Part shown: positions 41,271 to 55,787 of the stretch, piece after piece
Layout of the letters: each line of letters opens with the position of its first letter
Position numbering within the stretch: position 1 is the stretch's first letter
NCBI RefSeq assembly: GCF_006345805.1
Contig: NW_021833660.1
Coordinates: 1 to 56,552, forward strand
DNA: 56,552 bases
From: Octopus sinensis
Taxonomy: Eukaryota
Direction of reading: 5' to 3'
Program-made: the position numbers and the translations under genes
Notes under the pieces: generated by a model
Database searches by the model: none
What the model was told of the DNA's origin: nothing
The model's input: the letters and a program-made list of their open reading frames with translations, nothing else

Positions 41271-41378
41271 CCTGCTCACTAGCCAGCAGGGTGGCGTCAT
41301 TTGAAGGCTAAAACAATGCGAAGTACATTGTGACCAGCGATGTGTAGCAACATCTGATAGTCTGGTTGGTCACGTGAT

Positions 41379-41447
<69 letters not shown>

Positions 41448-41492
41448 CTTATATATATATATATATACATACATACGTAATGTACATACCTG
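40642..41492. repeat. Inverted duplication around a long (TA)n tract
   Basis: Arms ~40761-40947 and 41269-41492, plus a partial extra copy at 40642-40695. Confidence 0.85.
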
Positions 41493-42613
41493 CATCGATA
41501 CGTATATATATGTATATGTGGGCACAGGGCGTCATGAAACGTGTACAACAAAAACATACGAAGTACGAGTACATGGAATATGATGACCCTTCATCAGTTG
41601 CTGGCTGCTTTTCTACTCTCATGTTTCGAGCATTTAACAACAATATATGCTTTCGACAAAACAATTGCACCCGCAAAGCAAATTACATAAAATTTGAGAT
41701 TTTGCGGAGGGTCAAAATTGCTAACACAAAGAGGACAGTGAAAACAAGCAGGAAGGACTGCTAAATCTAAACGAGGTTGTGGTGGCGAACGCGTAAATCA
41801 AGTTTGGACAGGAGACAGACAATAACATGTATGCATATATATATACTTGTCACTAAATGTGATTATAGTGTTATCTGCGTAGTGGCAAAATTCAAAAATT
41901 GTTACCAGGATACAGGACAACAAATTGAATTTCAAGGTCCCAAAGCTCTTCATGATTCTCCCAAAACCCCTGAGACAAAACTGGACCTTATCGTGTTAGG
42001 AATTCCAGATGAAGCTACCGTGCGCCATGAAACGCAGATGAGGGTAGCAATATCAAATTCCCTCATTCACTTGATGCCACATATCAGAGGATTTTTGAAG
42101 TAGCGAAAGTGAAACAAAGTTATAGATAGTGCTTCAGCATGGTGCAGGTCTCGAGCTGACACAAGTAAAAAAAGAAAAAAATAGTATATATGATATACTG
42201 AATTTCAACTGGCTACTCTGAGGTATATCTCTTTGCTCATTTTAGATTAAATTATATAAATTACTTGAAGACATAAAGTCACTAAATCGTTTGCCTACTG
42301 AAAAGAAAGCTCGACAATTGAGTTACTGATGATAGGTACTGAGCCAGAAAGACTCGTCATCATCTCCTTGTAAGAAGCCTGTCCTCTTCCTTAATGACAT
42401 TTTAGTTTTGGACATCTTCTCTTCTCATACGAAGCTGGTCTTAATTACCACTTGGTAATTATGATGCACCTTTGAGAGATTATTTCAGTAAATCAAGAAT
42501 TTGTTGCATGTTATTTGATATACCTGTATTTGTCTCTGTTACTCAACTACATAATATTGGCCACTCTGAGCTATATCTCTAACCCCATACATACATACAT
42601 ACATACACACATA

Positions 42614-42676
<63 letters not shown>

Positions 42677-42769
42677 CGTGTATGTTTATTGAGTGAAAAC
42701 ACCTAAAGCTCCACGAGCCTCCGGCAGGGGGTGGTGGCGACCCCTGTTGTATTCTTTCGCCCCAACGGT

Positions 42770-43033
42770 AAATGACTCTAAAACCACACCATTTTTTTAC
42801 ACTCCATTAGCACAGGTTGTAAGCGAGGCAAATAAATAAAAATATTTGGCAAAATTTTAAGGTTAATTCTAGATGGAACGATTTTTGATTTAGTAATATA
42901 AAAATGACTACCTTCGTCAACAGAATATGCCAAAACGTACATAAATGCAAATATATATACATGCCCATACAAATACATGCGTATATGCATGAATTCATAT
43001 AAACATACATATTTGCATACATACATACATACA

Positions 43034-43066
<33 letters not shown>

Positions 43067-43466
43067 TCACACGTATGGATGAGGCAAATCCCATTATTCA
43101 TCTCAAACACGCGTGTGTTAGATCAAAATAATACCGCAGTGAATATAATGATGGGAGTGAATATAATATATATATATATATGTGTGTGTTTGTGTATGTA
43201 TACACAATTAAAGATAAAAATTAATGTAAAAATAAGGATCTTATCAGTAGCCAGCATGTAATAAAAACCATATAGGTAACAATTAATATAGATATATAAT
43301 TATATAGATATAATTATAATTAAGGGTACTGAGAAACAGCATCTAAACGCTAAAAATAAACATCAAATGACTCTAAAATCACATCATTTTTTGCCACTCC
43401 ATTAGCACTGGTTGAAAGCGAGGTAAATAAATAAATAAATATTTGGCAAAATTTTTAAGGTTAATT
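42770..43466 (+). repeat. Two diverged ~100-bp direct copies
   Basis: aaatgactctaaaa.cac...tttggcaaaattttaaggttaatt at 42770-42868 and 43366-43466. Confidence 0.8.
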
Positions 43467-43995
43467 GTAGAGCGTACCGCGCTTTCAACTTGTCTGTCAC
43501 AAACAACCTTGCCACAGGACTTGCCTCTTGGAGAGGAACTTTCTAGGTGCAGTCGCATGGTCATTCGTAATCGAGGGGGATTTTACCTTTTGCATACATA
43601 CATATCTATGTGTCTATATATGCATTTACATACACTCAGATACACACACACGCGCGCACGCACACACACACACATACAAACACACACACACGCACACACA
43701 CACTATGTGGTGCGACTTCAACAAGTAGAAAAGCAGTCGATCTGCTAAGAGAGTAAAGATGATTATTATTTCGACGAGGAAGCCCTGTGTAGATGTATTT
43801 AAGATTTGTGGGGTTTTTCTTATATTACTATATATATATTTGTGTATGTGCTTGTGTGTGTGTGGGTCTGTGTATGTGGGTGTGTGTGTGTGGGTCTGTG
43901 TGTGGGGGTATGTGTGTGTGTCTGTCTCCCTACTCCTTCATCTTTGGATCTTATATATATTACATATAAGTATTTATATATTACCACAAATACAC

Positions 43996-44030
<35 letters not shown>

Positions 44031-44169
44031 CAACGCCCGCCACTGACCTACCCGGTGACTGACACAAACACAAACACACGAACACAGATACTACCAACCA
44101 TACATACACATATACTGGCCATCTTCGCACTCTCCTGTCCCCCCAAAACTACTTTTTATTTCAACTTAT

Positions 44170-44380
44170 AATTAAGGGTACTTCAGCAATGTAACTATGC
44201 TTGAGCCGTTGGCGATTTCTGTTCCTTCTTTGGACTTTTCACTTTCTCTTTTCCGACGAAGAGCTATGCTTGAAACGTCTAGCTCTCTCTCCCTTCACTG
44301 AACGTCAAGCTAATACATTTCTTATGCACGTTCTCATGTTATCCTTTTTCATTCGTTTATTTGAACTGTTTATTTGAATT
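44170..44380 (+). mobile_element. Diverged copy of the 11470-11690 PLE-like terminus with decayed HHR
   Basis: Shares ccgttggcgattt...gacgaagagct..gct.gaaacgt...ctgaNcgtc with the 11.5-kb copy. Confidence 0.6.
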
Positions 44381-45000
44381 GATTATATATATATGTATGT
44401 ATGTTTGTATATATATGGCTATAGACGCAGAAGTGGCTGTGTGGTAAGTAGCTTCTTACCAACCACATAGTTTCAGGTTCAGTCCCACCACGTAGCACAA
44501 GTGGCAAGTGTCTCCCGCTAAACCCTCGGGTCAACGAAAACCTTGTGAGTGGATTTGTTAGACTGAAAGAAGCCCACGTTCCTGCCTTTAGGCCTTCACT
44601 TCATACACGCTCAATTTGATCCATTCGCAGCCGAAAGATGCATGTTGTTATTTCTTGTTGTTTGTATTCGAAATTGTGTACCATGTTCTCCGCTTTTTGT
44701 TTATTTGTTTTTTTTTTTTTGTTTTTTTTTTGCTTTTGTTACCGTACACATTCGCTAGCTTTATTACAAAGGGGTCTAATGCTCTTAACTTAGACTTTTG
44801 GGGGGCAATCAGATCGAACGATCTCAAGTGTAACTGCCCGAAATTGTCGTGACTTTTGGGACTTGAGCGATGAAAGAAAGCCAAGAAAGCCTCGTCTTTT
44901 TTTGCCTCTTCTAATTGTTGTTTCTCTTGTCCGTCTTGTATAGTCTATCTGTCCGAACGTTTTAATGTCCTCTATTGCGTTTTTGTTCCATATATATATA

Positions 45001-45418
45001 GGAGTGGCTGTGTGGTAAGTAGCTTGCTAACCAACCACATGGTTGCGGGTTCAGTCCCACTGTGTGGCATCTTGGGCAAGTGTCTTCTGCTATAGCCCCG
45101 GGCCGACCAATGCCTTGTGAGTGGATTTGGTAGACGGAAACTGAAAGAAACCTGTCGTATATATGTATATATATATGTGTGTGTGTGTGTTTGTGTGTCT
45201 GTGTTTGTCCCTCTAGCATTGTTTGACAACCGATGCTGGTGTGTTTACGTCCCCGTCAATTAGCGGTTCGGCAAAAGAGACCGATAGAATAAGTACTGGA
45301 ATAAGTACTGGGCTTACAAAGAATAAGTCCCGGGATCGATTAGCTCGACTAAGGGCGGTGCTCCAGCATGGCCGCAGTCAAATGACTGAAACAAGTAAAA
45401 GAGTAAAAGAGTAAAGAG

Positions 45419-45419
<1 letters not shown>
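45001..45419 (+). mobile_element. tRNA-derived SINE family A, near full length
   Basis: Colinear with 36241-36645. Confidence 0.85.
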
Positions 45420-45450
<31 letters not shown>

Positions 45451-46090
45451 GTGTGTGTGTGTGTGTGTGGTGTGTGGTGTATATATCCTTTTCTCTAGTA
45501 TCGTACAATATATTGTACAGGTTTTATAGAATGTTACACTATTACCAGATTACTTGAATCCATATAATATGACTTAAATTTACACACACACACACACATC
45601 GCACGCATATGTTGAAGAAGTTCGCTTCGCAAATACAAGGTCTCCCCTATAATCGTATTGCGTAGCATTTTGCCCAAACGTCTCGGATCATTTTGTTAGG
45701 CAGGAACTGTAAGGAAAACTTTTGGAAGTGTTTTCGCGTCCTTCTTGATTTGAAATATAAGCTTAATCCGTTGCTTACTTTAACACCATCACCTGTGCTG
45801 GCAGGTATAAGTGGGTTGGGTTACAGGTGGGGGTAAGGTGCTAGGTATCCGGTCAGAGAATGTTTTCCTTCTTATTTCTTTTTTTCCATGTGTCTCGGGG
45901 ATTTGAAAAGGGTCTTATGTGCTATCCTTCTGTGAGGCCTACATACATACATACATACATACATACATAATATAATATATAGTATATGTATGTACATATA
46001 TAGATATATGTATATATATAATATATTATATATATATATATATATTATATATATATATAGATATATATATGTTGTATGTATATATATATG

Positions 46091-46143
<53 letters not shown>

Positions 46144-46176
46144 TTATATACATATATAATATATACATACATACAT

Positions 46177-46214
<38 letters not shown>

Positions 46215-47312
46215 ATATATATATATATGTATGCATGTATGTATGGATGTATGGATGGAGAAGTATGGATGGGTGGATGGATAGATATAGGTACATAGAA
46301 AAAGAGGAGAAAGATAATTTGAAAGAGCGATGAATGAGAAGAATGAAAAGGTGCGAGTTAAACAGAGGAAACGAAAACAGAATGGGGATAAGAGTTTTAT
46401 GAGCATGTGTGTGTGAGTGTGAGTGTGAAAGTGTATATATGTGCGTGTGTTTGTACGAATGTTTGTGTGTGTGTGCGCGTATGTGAGTGTATGTGTATGT
46501 GTATGCATGTATGTGTGTATGTATGTGTGTGTGCGTGAGTGTATGTGTGTGCGTGTGCCTATTTCGGAAAAAGAGAAAAGGAGTGCGAAGCTAACAAAAA
46601 AAAAGAAAAAAAAAGAAATGAAGTAGTTTAAGGGAAAGGGAGTAGAGGAGGACGAGAGCCAGTTTGTGACTTATCTCTGTGCTTTTCTATTTGAAGAAAG
46701 CATCCTTTAAAACTACAGATTATCATGAATCCACGTATATAGTTAATTACATACACACTGAATAACTTGAACGGACACAAACATACATAGTCACACATTC
46801 GCACACTGAAACACGTTCTTATACACCTTTCGCATATACACACCTCACACAAAAACACGGACGCATTTACACACATACGCTCCAGCCCCACTTCCAACGA
46901 ACAAACATATATGTATATATATATGTGTGTGTATATATAGATGTATGTGTGTGTATGTATGTGTGTATATACACACCGCCACCTTACTATATGCTCGAAT
47001 GTATATCAACAAAGAAAACGACAAAAAGTTTGACAATGGTCGCCGCCTGCCACTTAATCACGAACTTCTCACTTCGCATACCATCAAACATTCCCCAGAT
47101 TTGCCAATATGTGGCATGTTAGCCTCACTACAGGAGAAGACATCTGGTCATAGATTAGACTACTGGCTTGTGGAGAGAAAATTGGAGGTTAGCCAGTTCA
47201 ATATGTAAGCTAATGTTTCTTAACGGCCCACTTCGATTTCCCCACCTCACATCAAAAACCAACCAACAAAACAAAAATGTCCTGCACCCCAAAAATAAAC
47301 GGACAGACTTAG

Positions 47313-47406
<94 letters not shown>

Positions 47407-47429
47407 ACTAACTAACTATCTATCAATCA

Positions 47430-47487
<58 letters not shown>

Positions 47488-47570
47488 CTATATATTTGTC
47501 TGTCTATCTGTCTATCTGTCCGTCTCATTTTCTGTCCATCTAGCTATCTATCAAGCTGTATCTATACACT

Positions 47571-47601
<31 letters not shown>

Positions 47602-48659
47602 TTATCCAGGAAGAGAACTGATATCTAAATATAGATATATACACGTTTATTAAAAACTCTCTACTCTGGGTGGAGACGGTGGACGGACAGATAGACAATT
47701 GGTCAGAGACACCACTTTCGGTCTTGGGCATTGACATTATCGGAAATTGGTTGAGCAACGCAACCAATCCTTCTTAGTAAGAAGGGTGGTTTTCGTTGAA
47801 CTCCCTGCAGGACGTGAAACAAAATATGTCAAAGAACGGAGCGACTCAGTAAAATTAATCTCAGTAGAATTAATCCAAGAACTGAGACTCAGAGGCCACT
47901 AACCTCAGTGTAGATATCTCTGCAGAAGGAGATTTCGAAATAACACCCGCGCCTCTGTGGAGCCGAAGATCTTACTCTTCTTTGTTTCTTGACAACATCT
48001 TGGATTTGTGGGTGAAAGTCACTTAGCAGCGTTGTATAAGTTGTTACAGACTTTAAGCTTCAGTATGGACATGGGTCGCAGTAATTGTCTTTAGCAGCTA
48101 GGCTAAAATGATTTGTCAGTGATGGTCATACTCGTCTAAAAGTTGACACCCACTATGTATGTATGTATGTATGTATGTATGTATGTATGTATGTATGTAT
48201 GTGTGTGTGTATGTATGTATGTATGTATGTATGTATGTATGTGTATGTATGTATGTGTGTATGTCTGTGTATGTATGCATGCATGTATGTATGTATTTAT
48301 GTATGAATGCATGCATGCATGTACGTATGTGTGTGAGTGTGCGTGCGTGTGTGTATATGAATGTACGTATGTTTGTATGTATGTATGTATGTATTTATGT
48401 ATGTATTATGTATGTATCTACGTATGTATGTAAGTATGTATGTGTGCGTGTATAGGTATTATGTATGTATACCGGCGTGTATGTGTGCATGTATGTATGT
48501 ATGCATGTATGTATGTACGTATGTATGTGTTTGTGTGTGTGTATGTGTGTGTGTGTGTGTGTGTACGCGCGTGTGTTTTATGTATGAGGATTTTAAGATT
48601 TAAGATTCTTTTGGGGAAACGCAGTTATGACTGTTCTAGATTATTGTACTTTTAATATG

Positions 48660-49380
48660 TCATTACTAAACAACTAATAAACTGACCTGCCAACTATTGA
48701 TTCCAGACTGAAGGAGACGGCTGTAACAGCACCGCGAACGCCCCTGAAAAACACTGCTTTCACAACTGACTAGTTTGAAGACCATCTTGAAGTTCGGTAT
48801 TCAATAAAGTTTTTACTAAATGGCTAAAACGTTATTAAAACTTATGAAATGATCCAGACTGCTAATGGACTAACTTTTATGAGAAAAGCATCTGTTCTTC
48901 GCTGGATCAAGAGGCCGGGTAATGTAAGTCTACCGGGTAGCCCATGACGATCCCCTTTTTCGACAGTAATGGCATCATTTACATCCGTTTGGTCCCTATG
49001 GCCAGACGATTAACAAAGCGTACTTTGGGGATGTTATAAAGGGGACCAGGAAGAGATTTTGTTTCAAAAGGCCAGAGCATCTACACCAGGACAATGCATC
49101 CTGGTAACCTGGTGACAGAGAAGGGCAAAAAGATTTGTCCCTCAACTCCCCTACAGTCCACACCTTGTTCCTTGTGATAATTGGTTGTTTCTCAAGTTCA
49201 AGTAAAGGAGGCCGTGACAAGGATCCAGGGTATGTTCACTTTGGAGGAGGATTTTAAGGGGCCTTCAACAGGTGCATTGAAGTCAGAGGATTCTACTGTG
49301 AAGGAGATCACAGTTTTGTACTTTCCTGTCTGAAACGAGTAAAGATAAAAGATGAGATACTCGACTACTAATATATTGGA
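48660..49380 (+). pseudogene. Internally deleted mariner remnant
   Basis: KTYEMIQTANG..SVLRWIK, FFDSNGIIY..VP.GQTINKAY, LHQDNA, PYSPHLVPCDNWLF and RCIEVRGFYCEG. Confidence 0.75.
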
Positions 49381-49532
49381 AGAATTTCAGCTTGCGCGGA
49401 TAGTTTTCTCCTTACAGATAACCCACCTACATTTATATGCAATTGATAGCCGGGTTTTGCAGAGGTGCTTCACCAGGACTCGGATTTTAATGCCGTTCAT
49501 ATAGTGTATGTGTGTGAAGCTTTTATCTTGTA

Positions 49533-49902
49533 TCTCTCTATATATAAACGGCAGTTTGTCTGTGTGTGTTTCTGTGTGTCTGTTAGGTTGTACCCTCACC
49601 CTGACCACGGCTTTCAACCGATTCTGATAAAACTTGACACACACATAGCCCAATGTCATAATTCAAAACTAACGCAGCGAAAGTTTTGAAAAGTTCCCCC
49701 CAGTTCTGAAAAAAATCGATAAATTCGACATGAGGTCAACAATCAGAAACACAAACCACAGACTGTCTAGATGACGCAACTCGACCTTTTTAACTAAAAA
49801 ATTTTACCATCATTTGTTTTCCATTTTTTGGTTATAACTCTCTAAAAATACTTTATAGTTATTTCCCTTACAAACCCGAGCAACGCCGGGCGATACTGCT
49901 AG
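49533..49902 (+). mobile_element. Non-autonomous Helitron
   Basis: A|TCTCTCTATATATAAA start, internal (GTCT/GTGT) tract, and cccgagcaacgccgggcgatactgCTAG|T end. Confidence 0.75.
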
Positions 49903-50194
49903 TTTGTTCTAATCTTTGGTATGCAGCCATGCCGGGCTACCGCCATGAAGGAAGTGTTTTTCTTTTTTAGTTGAACGAATCGACACCTGTAATTATGTTT
50001 TTAAAGCCCGGTACTTATACTATCGGACCTTTATGCCAAACCACTAAATTAAGTGGACACAAACAAACCAGTATCGGTTGTCAAACCGTGTTGAGGCCCA
50101 ACACGATCATATAGACACACGCATATAAATACACGTGCATGCGTGCGCGCACACATACACATATGTATGTATGTATGTAGGTATGTATGTATGT

Positions 50195-51013
50195 ATATGC
50201 CAAGCAGAGTGATGCCGCTTGCCACAAATTGAGCTTGAACTCTGCTGTGCATGCGCACTAAGTTTTAGCGTTCTAGCTCACTTTACAGTGCTTGGAAGGA
50301 AGGGATATAGCTTGTGATCGTCGCATTGACCATGACAGAAAAGTTGTCGTGGTGATACCTGCTCAGAGGCCCACGCAATGTTGCAGAAAGTGTATGGAGA
50401 GGAGTGTATGAGCTACACACAAGTGTACGAGTGGTCCAGACGTTTTCAAGATGGCCGAAAAAATGTCGATATTGACGAACGTCCTGGGAGACCCGCAACC
50501 AGCAGAACTGAGAAAAACATGGCAGATGTGCGTGCAACTGTGAGGGAAAATCATCGAATCACAATCTGTGTATTATCAGATGTACAAATTAGTTACGGTT
50601 CCGTTCAGTCCATTATCAGTGAAGATTTGGGTATGAGACGCATGTCTTCCAAGTTTGTGTGAAAACTACTTTCAGCTGACCAAAAAGTCACTCGAGTTTC
50701 AGTTTCACACAGTCTCCTTGATTGTGTCAAGAACGATGTAAACATTTTGAAAATTTTGCGTAGGCCTCTGAGCAAGTATCGCCAACTTTTGGCAAAATTT
50801 GATGCATATTGTCTGCTCAACTTTCTCTGTCATGGTCAATGCAACGATCACACGCTTGATACCTTCCTTCCAAGCACTGCCGTAAATAGCGAATGTGAGC
50901 AAGAAGGATAAAACTTAGTGCGCGATGGTTAAAGCTTTGTACCGAGCGGCTTTACTCTGCGTGCTTTAGTTTCGTTACTATGACAACAGTGCGGTTACTT
51001 ATTGATCAGACCC

Positions 51014-51016
<3 letters not shown>
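50195..51016. mobile_element. Rearranged non-autonomous mariner with two 5' ends (copy 2)
   Basis: HTH region MLQKVYGEECMSYTQVYEWSRRFQDGR...SKFV, joined to an inverted 5' end ending gatcagacccgtg|TA. Confidence 0.85.
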
Positions 51017-51070
<54 letters not shown>

Positions 51071-51669
51071 ATGCTCAGGCTAAATTTGACAGTTGCGTAA
51101 AAGGAAAACATATTCCATCCGAAAACAAAAATATCTTGGGGAAAAAACAGTTTACGCAGAGTAACCGTCCTCAGCTTCCACCACAGACTCAACCTACTTA
51201 TGTTCCTCACTGTGTCCTTGCGGTATTTTTGAAAACCTCCTTGAAACTGTTCTCCAGCTTGGCATTAGCATTAGGGCAGAGCAATTGATGTGTTTTTCAA
51301 CCGTATTCCACATAGAATAATGCATGGGATTAAGGAACCCCTTCGGTCACGAATGACCATGGGATTGTGCCTAGAAAGTTACCCTCCGATGTACAAGTCC
51401 GGGCAAGGTTGTTTACGGAAGGCCAGCAGTCACCCATGCATACCAGCCTCCCCTCTCTACACCACTGATGTTATCCAAGGGAAAGGCAAAGGCCGATACA
51501 GCTTGGCACCAGTGACATCATAGCTCATTTTTACAGCTGAGTTAACTGGAGCAACATGAAATAAAGTGTCTTACTCAAGAAAAAAACACGCAGCCCGGTC
51601 CGGGAATCGAACTTACAACCTCACGATCGTAAGCTCGACGCTCTAACCACTGAGCCATGCGCCTTCACA

Positions 51670-52130
51670 ATGCATAGGATTACAATAACGGAATTAAGAG
51701 GCCAGAAATTTGGGCTGGTGAAATCTTGGAAATTCTCTGTTAAGCACTTTTCACTGTTACGGGAGGTACAGGATGGAGTCGAATCCTGCTGCCACATATA
51801 TACTTCCAGCACAACTCTCCCCGTCCAGGGATTGTCCACAGTCTTCAGCAGTATTACACAGCCGTCTGAATTGAGCTTATGGCCTTATTCAAATATATGG
51901 GAATGAATTTCGGCGTGCAGATGCAGTCAAAATGCCTGCTGTGTGCCTTCATGTTGACCACGACTTCCTAGTCTTCGTTGCAGCAGTCCGTGTTACATCT
52001 TGCAGTGTTTAAAGAACATTGAGCAGCAATCATGTTCTTAGCATTTGATATCCGGCGCGAAGCATCGTTATACAGGAAACTCTTTTCCAACATTCTAATG
52101 TCTTCTAGTCTTTCGCGTTAGCTAATTTTT
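51670..52130 (-). pseudogene. Tc1/mariner (maT/DD37D-like) remnant
   Basis: KLNSDG..LLKTVDNPW and YMWQQDSTPSCTSRNSEKCLTENF.DFTSPNFWP.NS. Confidence 0.65.
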
Positions 52131-52249
52131 TGTCGACAATAACTTTTATCTTTATGCTCTCCAATGCCGTTGACTGTTCACCAATACATGAAGCTGTTTC
52201 TGAAAAACATCGCCATATTTAGCCCCGACACATTGTACACTCACTCACT

Positions 52250-52320
<71 letters not shown>

Positions 52321-52374
52321 ACACACATACACACACACACACATACATGTACGAACACTCATACACACACACAT

Positions 52375-52635
52375 AGTTGCCGATCTTTCCACTCTGCTGA
52401 CGGAAGCCGGTCTTAAGGCAATATTTATATGCATGAGTTCTAGTGATGACTTAAATCTCTAGTCTTCGAATCAGATTTCTCTTTCCTGATTTTGAGAAGC
52501 CTAATTTCTCAAGATTGTCATTAAGGTAGTGTGTTACATATCCCAGCGCCTCAATAATTACTGGTATAAACCTGAAATTGTAATCTGGTTAGGGTAACTG
52601 CAATTTGTATTCTCTTTTTCACTGATCTTCAGTTT
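52375..52635 (-). pseudogene. C-terminal remnant of an RLE-type (R4/NeSL-like) LINE
   Basis: PDYNFRFIPVIIEALGYVTHYLNDNLEKLGFS resembles the PIIIGALG terminal motif. Confidence 0.5.
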
Positions 52636-53483
52636 TATGTATGTATGTATGTATGTATGTATGTATGTATGTAGTTTTATGTATGCATGTAAGTATATGT
52701 GTGCGTTTTTTCGCATGTGTATGTGTGTATATGTGTGTATAATAATAAAACTGTAACAATGTTTGCAGAATTTACTGCTGTATACATGATAAACCGCTGA
52801 TTAATGTTTACACTAGACACTGTTTGATAAACTATTGCATTGATATTGGTTTGATGTAAGACTATATTAAATTTGGTGATTATTCAACAGGTTGTTTGGT
52901 AGACATGTTGAAGAGTGTGTAATAAGTTCCAAATAATCAACTGATACATAGACATTTTGGAAGTTGTTTAATAAGAAGTAGGCTGTTGAATATACATAGA
53001 AAAGTAGTAAGAAAGACAACCGGAAAACAGATTAGGACAGAGAGATAGAATACACAGAAATTATTACTGAAAGAAGTATCTAGGAAGACGGGAGACACGG
53101 GTAACAAAGTAAGAAAGGACGAAGTTGCAGACAAACTTTTTCATCTGCCGTATTTTGCTAGTATCCACTCTTAGTTTTATAATAGTGATTTCTTAGTAAA
53201 CGACTTTTGTCGTACTTCTTTTAACCATTGGACTTCGGAAATGTTGGTGCACCACATTGAAGCGTTCAGTCGAACAAATCGACACTAGTGTTTTAAGTCT
53301 GGTTTTGGTCTCTTCTCTCGAACTGTTACAAGGACATAAGCAAACCAACACCGTTTGTCAAGCTATGGTGAGTGACAACCACAAAGACAAACACACTCAT
53401 ACACACACTTATGCACATATACACAGTTTACGTTTGTCAAATTCACTGACAAAACATCCTTCTCGAGCCATGCCTGGCTCATA

Positions 53484-53750
53484 AGGGCCGGTTTCCCGGT
53501 TTCCTTGGCGTATAGGTTCCCCACCGAGACGGGACGCCGGTCCGTCGCAGGTGGGCTGCAAAATGCAGGAGGAAAGAGTGAGAGAAATTTGTGGCGAAAG
53601 ACTCAGCAGAAGTTCGCCATTACCTTCTGCCGGAGTCGCGTGGAGTTTAGGTGTTTCGCTCATAAACATACACATCGCCCGGTCTGAGATTCGAACCCGC
53701 GATCCCTCGACCGCGACTACGCTGCTTTAACCACTAGGCCATGTGCCTCA
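53484..53750 (-). mobile_element. tRNA-derived SINE family E
   Basis: Head ggc.ca.tggcc.agtggtta...ttcga.tc.cagaccggg. Related copies are at 25895-26140, 40340-40470 and 42680-42760. Confidence 0.75.
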
Positions 53751-55319
53751 ACACTGACAAAGCCTCGACCAGTTCCAGGCTATAGAAGAAGATACTCGCC
53801 CGTGGTGCTGCACAATGGCACTGAGGGAAATAACCACAAAACTATACCTGCGCCTATAACTATATATTCTGTAATATGGAACAACTCACTATAATCATCT
53901 CTCTGTATCTAACTGGTATTTATTTTATCGATATCGAAAGACAAAAGCTAAGGTTTATCCACGGCGGGTCTTGAAATCAGAATGAAGCTTAGGATAGAAA
54001 GGATATTCCATTAAATGCAAACATCCAAATTGACTGGTACTTTATCATACAGGCAACAAGACTATGGAAATAAAAGTCGACCAGACCCGGATTCGAAAAC
54101 CAGAACGACAAGTGATCTGTAAAGTCACTTTCAATTTATTAATCAACATGAAATTCTTCAGATCCGAGGTATAGTAATGATATATTAACGCAAACTTTTC
54201 CTTAGAAGAAAATTATTGTGACTTAGGACTCATGAGACCAGTTACCAGGTTTCCATGGCGTTTAAGCGACCGAGATCACAACATTCCCCCTGCAATTGAT
54301 GCCAGTCCGGTGCAGTTTTTGAGGTGATTCGACAAGTTGATTACTATCGGTCCCTTTGCCGAACTGCTATGTTACGGGGACGTAATACACACACACACAC
54401 ACACATACAAACACGCCGATCTTTCAGCTTTCGTCTACCAAATCCACTCACAAGGCTTTGGTCAGCTGCAGGTTATAGTAGAAGACACTTGCCTAAAGTG
54501 TTATTCAGTGGAACTGAACCCGAAGCCATCGGGTTGGGAAGGAAATTTCATACCATACAGCCACACCTGCGTCTATATTTGCATTTACTTAGGTGTATTT
54601 ACATTGATACGTATTCATACACATTTTTATGTATACACATTAATAAACATATTTACATACAACCACGGGGACATGGTTGTATGATTAAGGAGCTCCTGCA
54701 ACAACGTGTTTTCGGGTTGAGTCTCACCTACTGCACGGCACATCGGGTTGACCAATTCTTCGTGAATGAAATTGGTTGAAAGAAATTGTATTTGAAGCCT
54801 GCTGTATATATATATATATATATATATACACGCACATACATAAATGTATAATATCTATTATACATATATATATATATGTGTATATATATATATATATATA
54901 TTATATACGTGCATGTGTATGTATGTATGTGTATGTATATATATATATATATATATATAGATATATATATATATATATATTATAATATAATTTCACTTAT
55001 AATCATCTCATAATAATGACTTTTATGACTCGTATAACTACCTCAGTCAATCTAAATGTATATATTTGTCGTTACCTGTCATAAATAGCCTTTTTCTATT
55101 TGCAATATGCATTTTCGTTGATTTTTTATATTTTACCCTTACATTTCCACGTGTACTTTATATTTTATTTTCGTAACATATTTCTACTATATATATATTG
55201 TTTCTGCCATGTCGCTGCGGCCATGCTGGATCACTACCGTGTTCTTTCGGATTTCTTCAGTCTGGAGTGTTTCACATCACCACTCCTGTATGTGCCATTG
55301 TCCCAGTTGTTGGCCCATT

Positions 55320-55720
55320 TAGTATATAAGGAAGTTTGATTACGCTGCTCTCTGGAGAGGACGATGTCTAGTTCCTTTCTGAGGACATCTACTTCCACCT
55401 TATGCAGATTTCTTTATTTTTGTGTCAGCATTGAAGAGCTTGTGAGCTTTTGAACCCTAGACAATTTCAGTACTTGGCCCTGAATTTAGATGGACTGGAT
55501 GATACTTTTGGTACTATACAATTGCGACCTGTTTTGACAGCCCTTCTAGAATTTTCCATATATAGATTATTACATATCTCTCGTATCTTCGCTCTAGTAA
55601 AGTTGCGGTTTGCTCGGCCTATCCCTGTAGCTCATCCGCTGCACTGTTCCAAGACTGCTTCAAGCTCCGCTGATAGTTTGGCACTATGTGGTGACCATGA
55701 CTGGGAGCAATAGTCCAGGC
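55320..55720 (-). pseudogene. CR1/L2-like LINE RT C-terminal remnant
   Basis: LLERRYERYVIIYIWKILEGL resembles the SLERRRERY.IIY.WKIL motif. Confidence 0.6.
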
Positions 55721-55754
55721 GGGTGTAAACAATATACATATATATATATATGTA

Positions 55755-55787
<33 letters not shown>

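Noticed and set aside
42326-42358. CTGATGA...GAAA GACTCGTC hammerhead-like string
   Set aside because: Helix II is weak, U16.1 is missing and helix I is mismatched. At best it is a heavily decayed relic.
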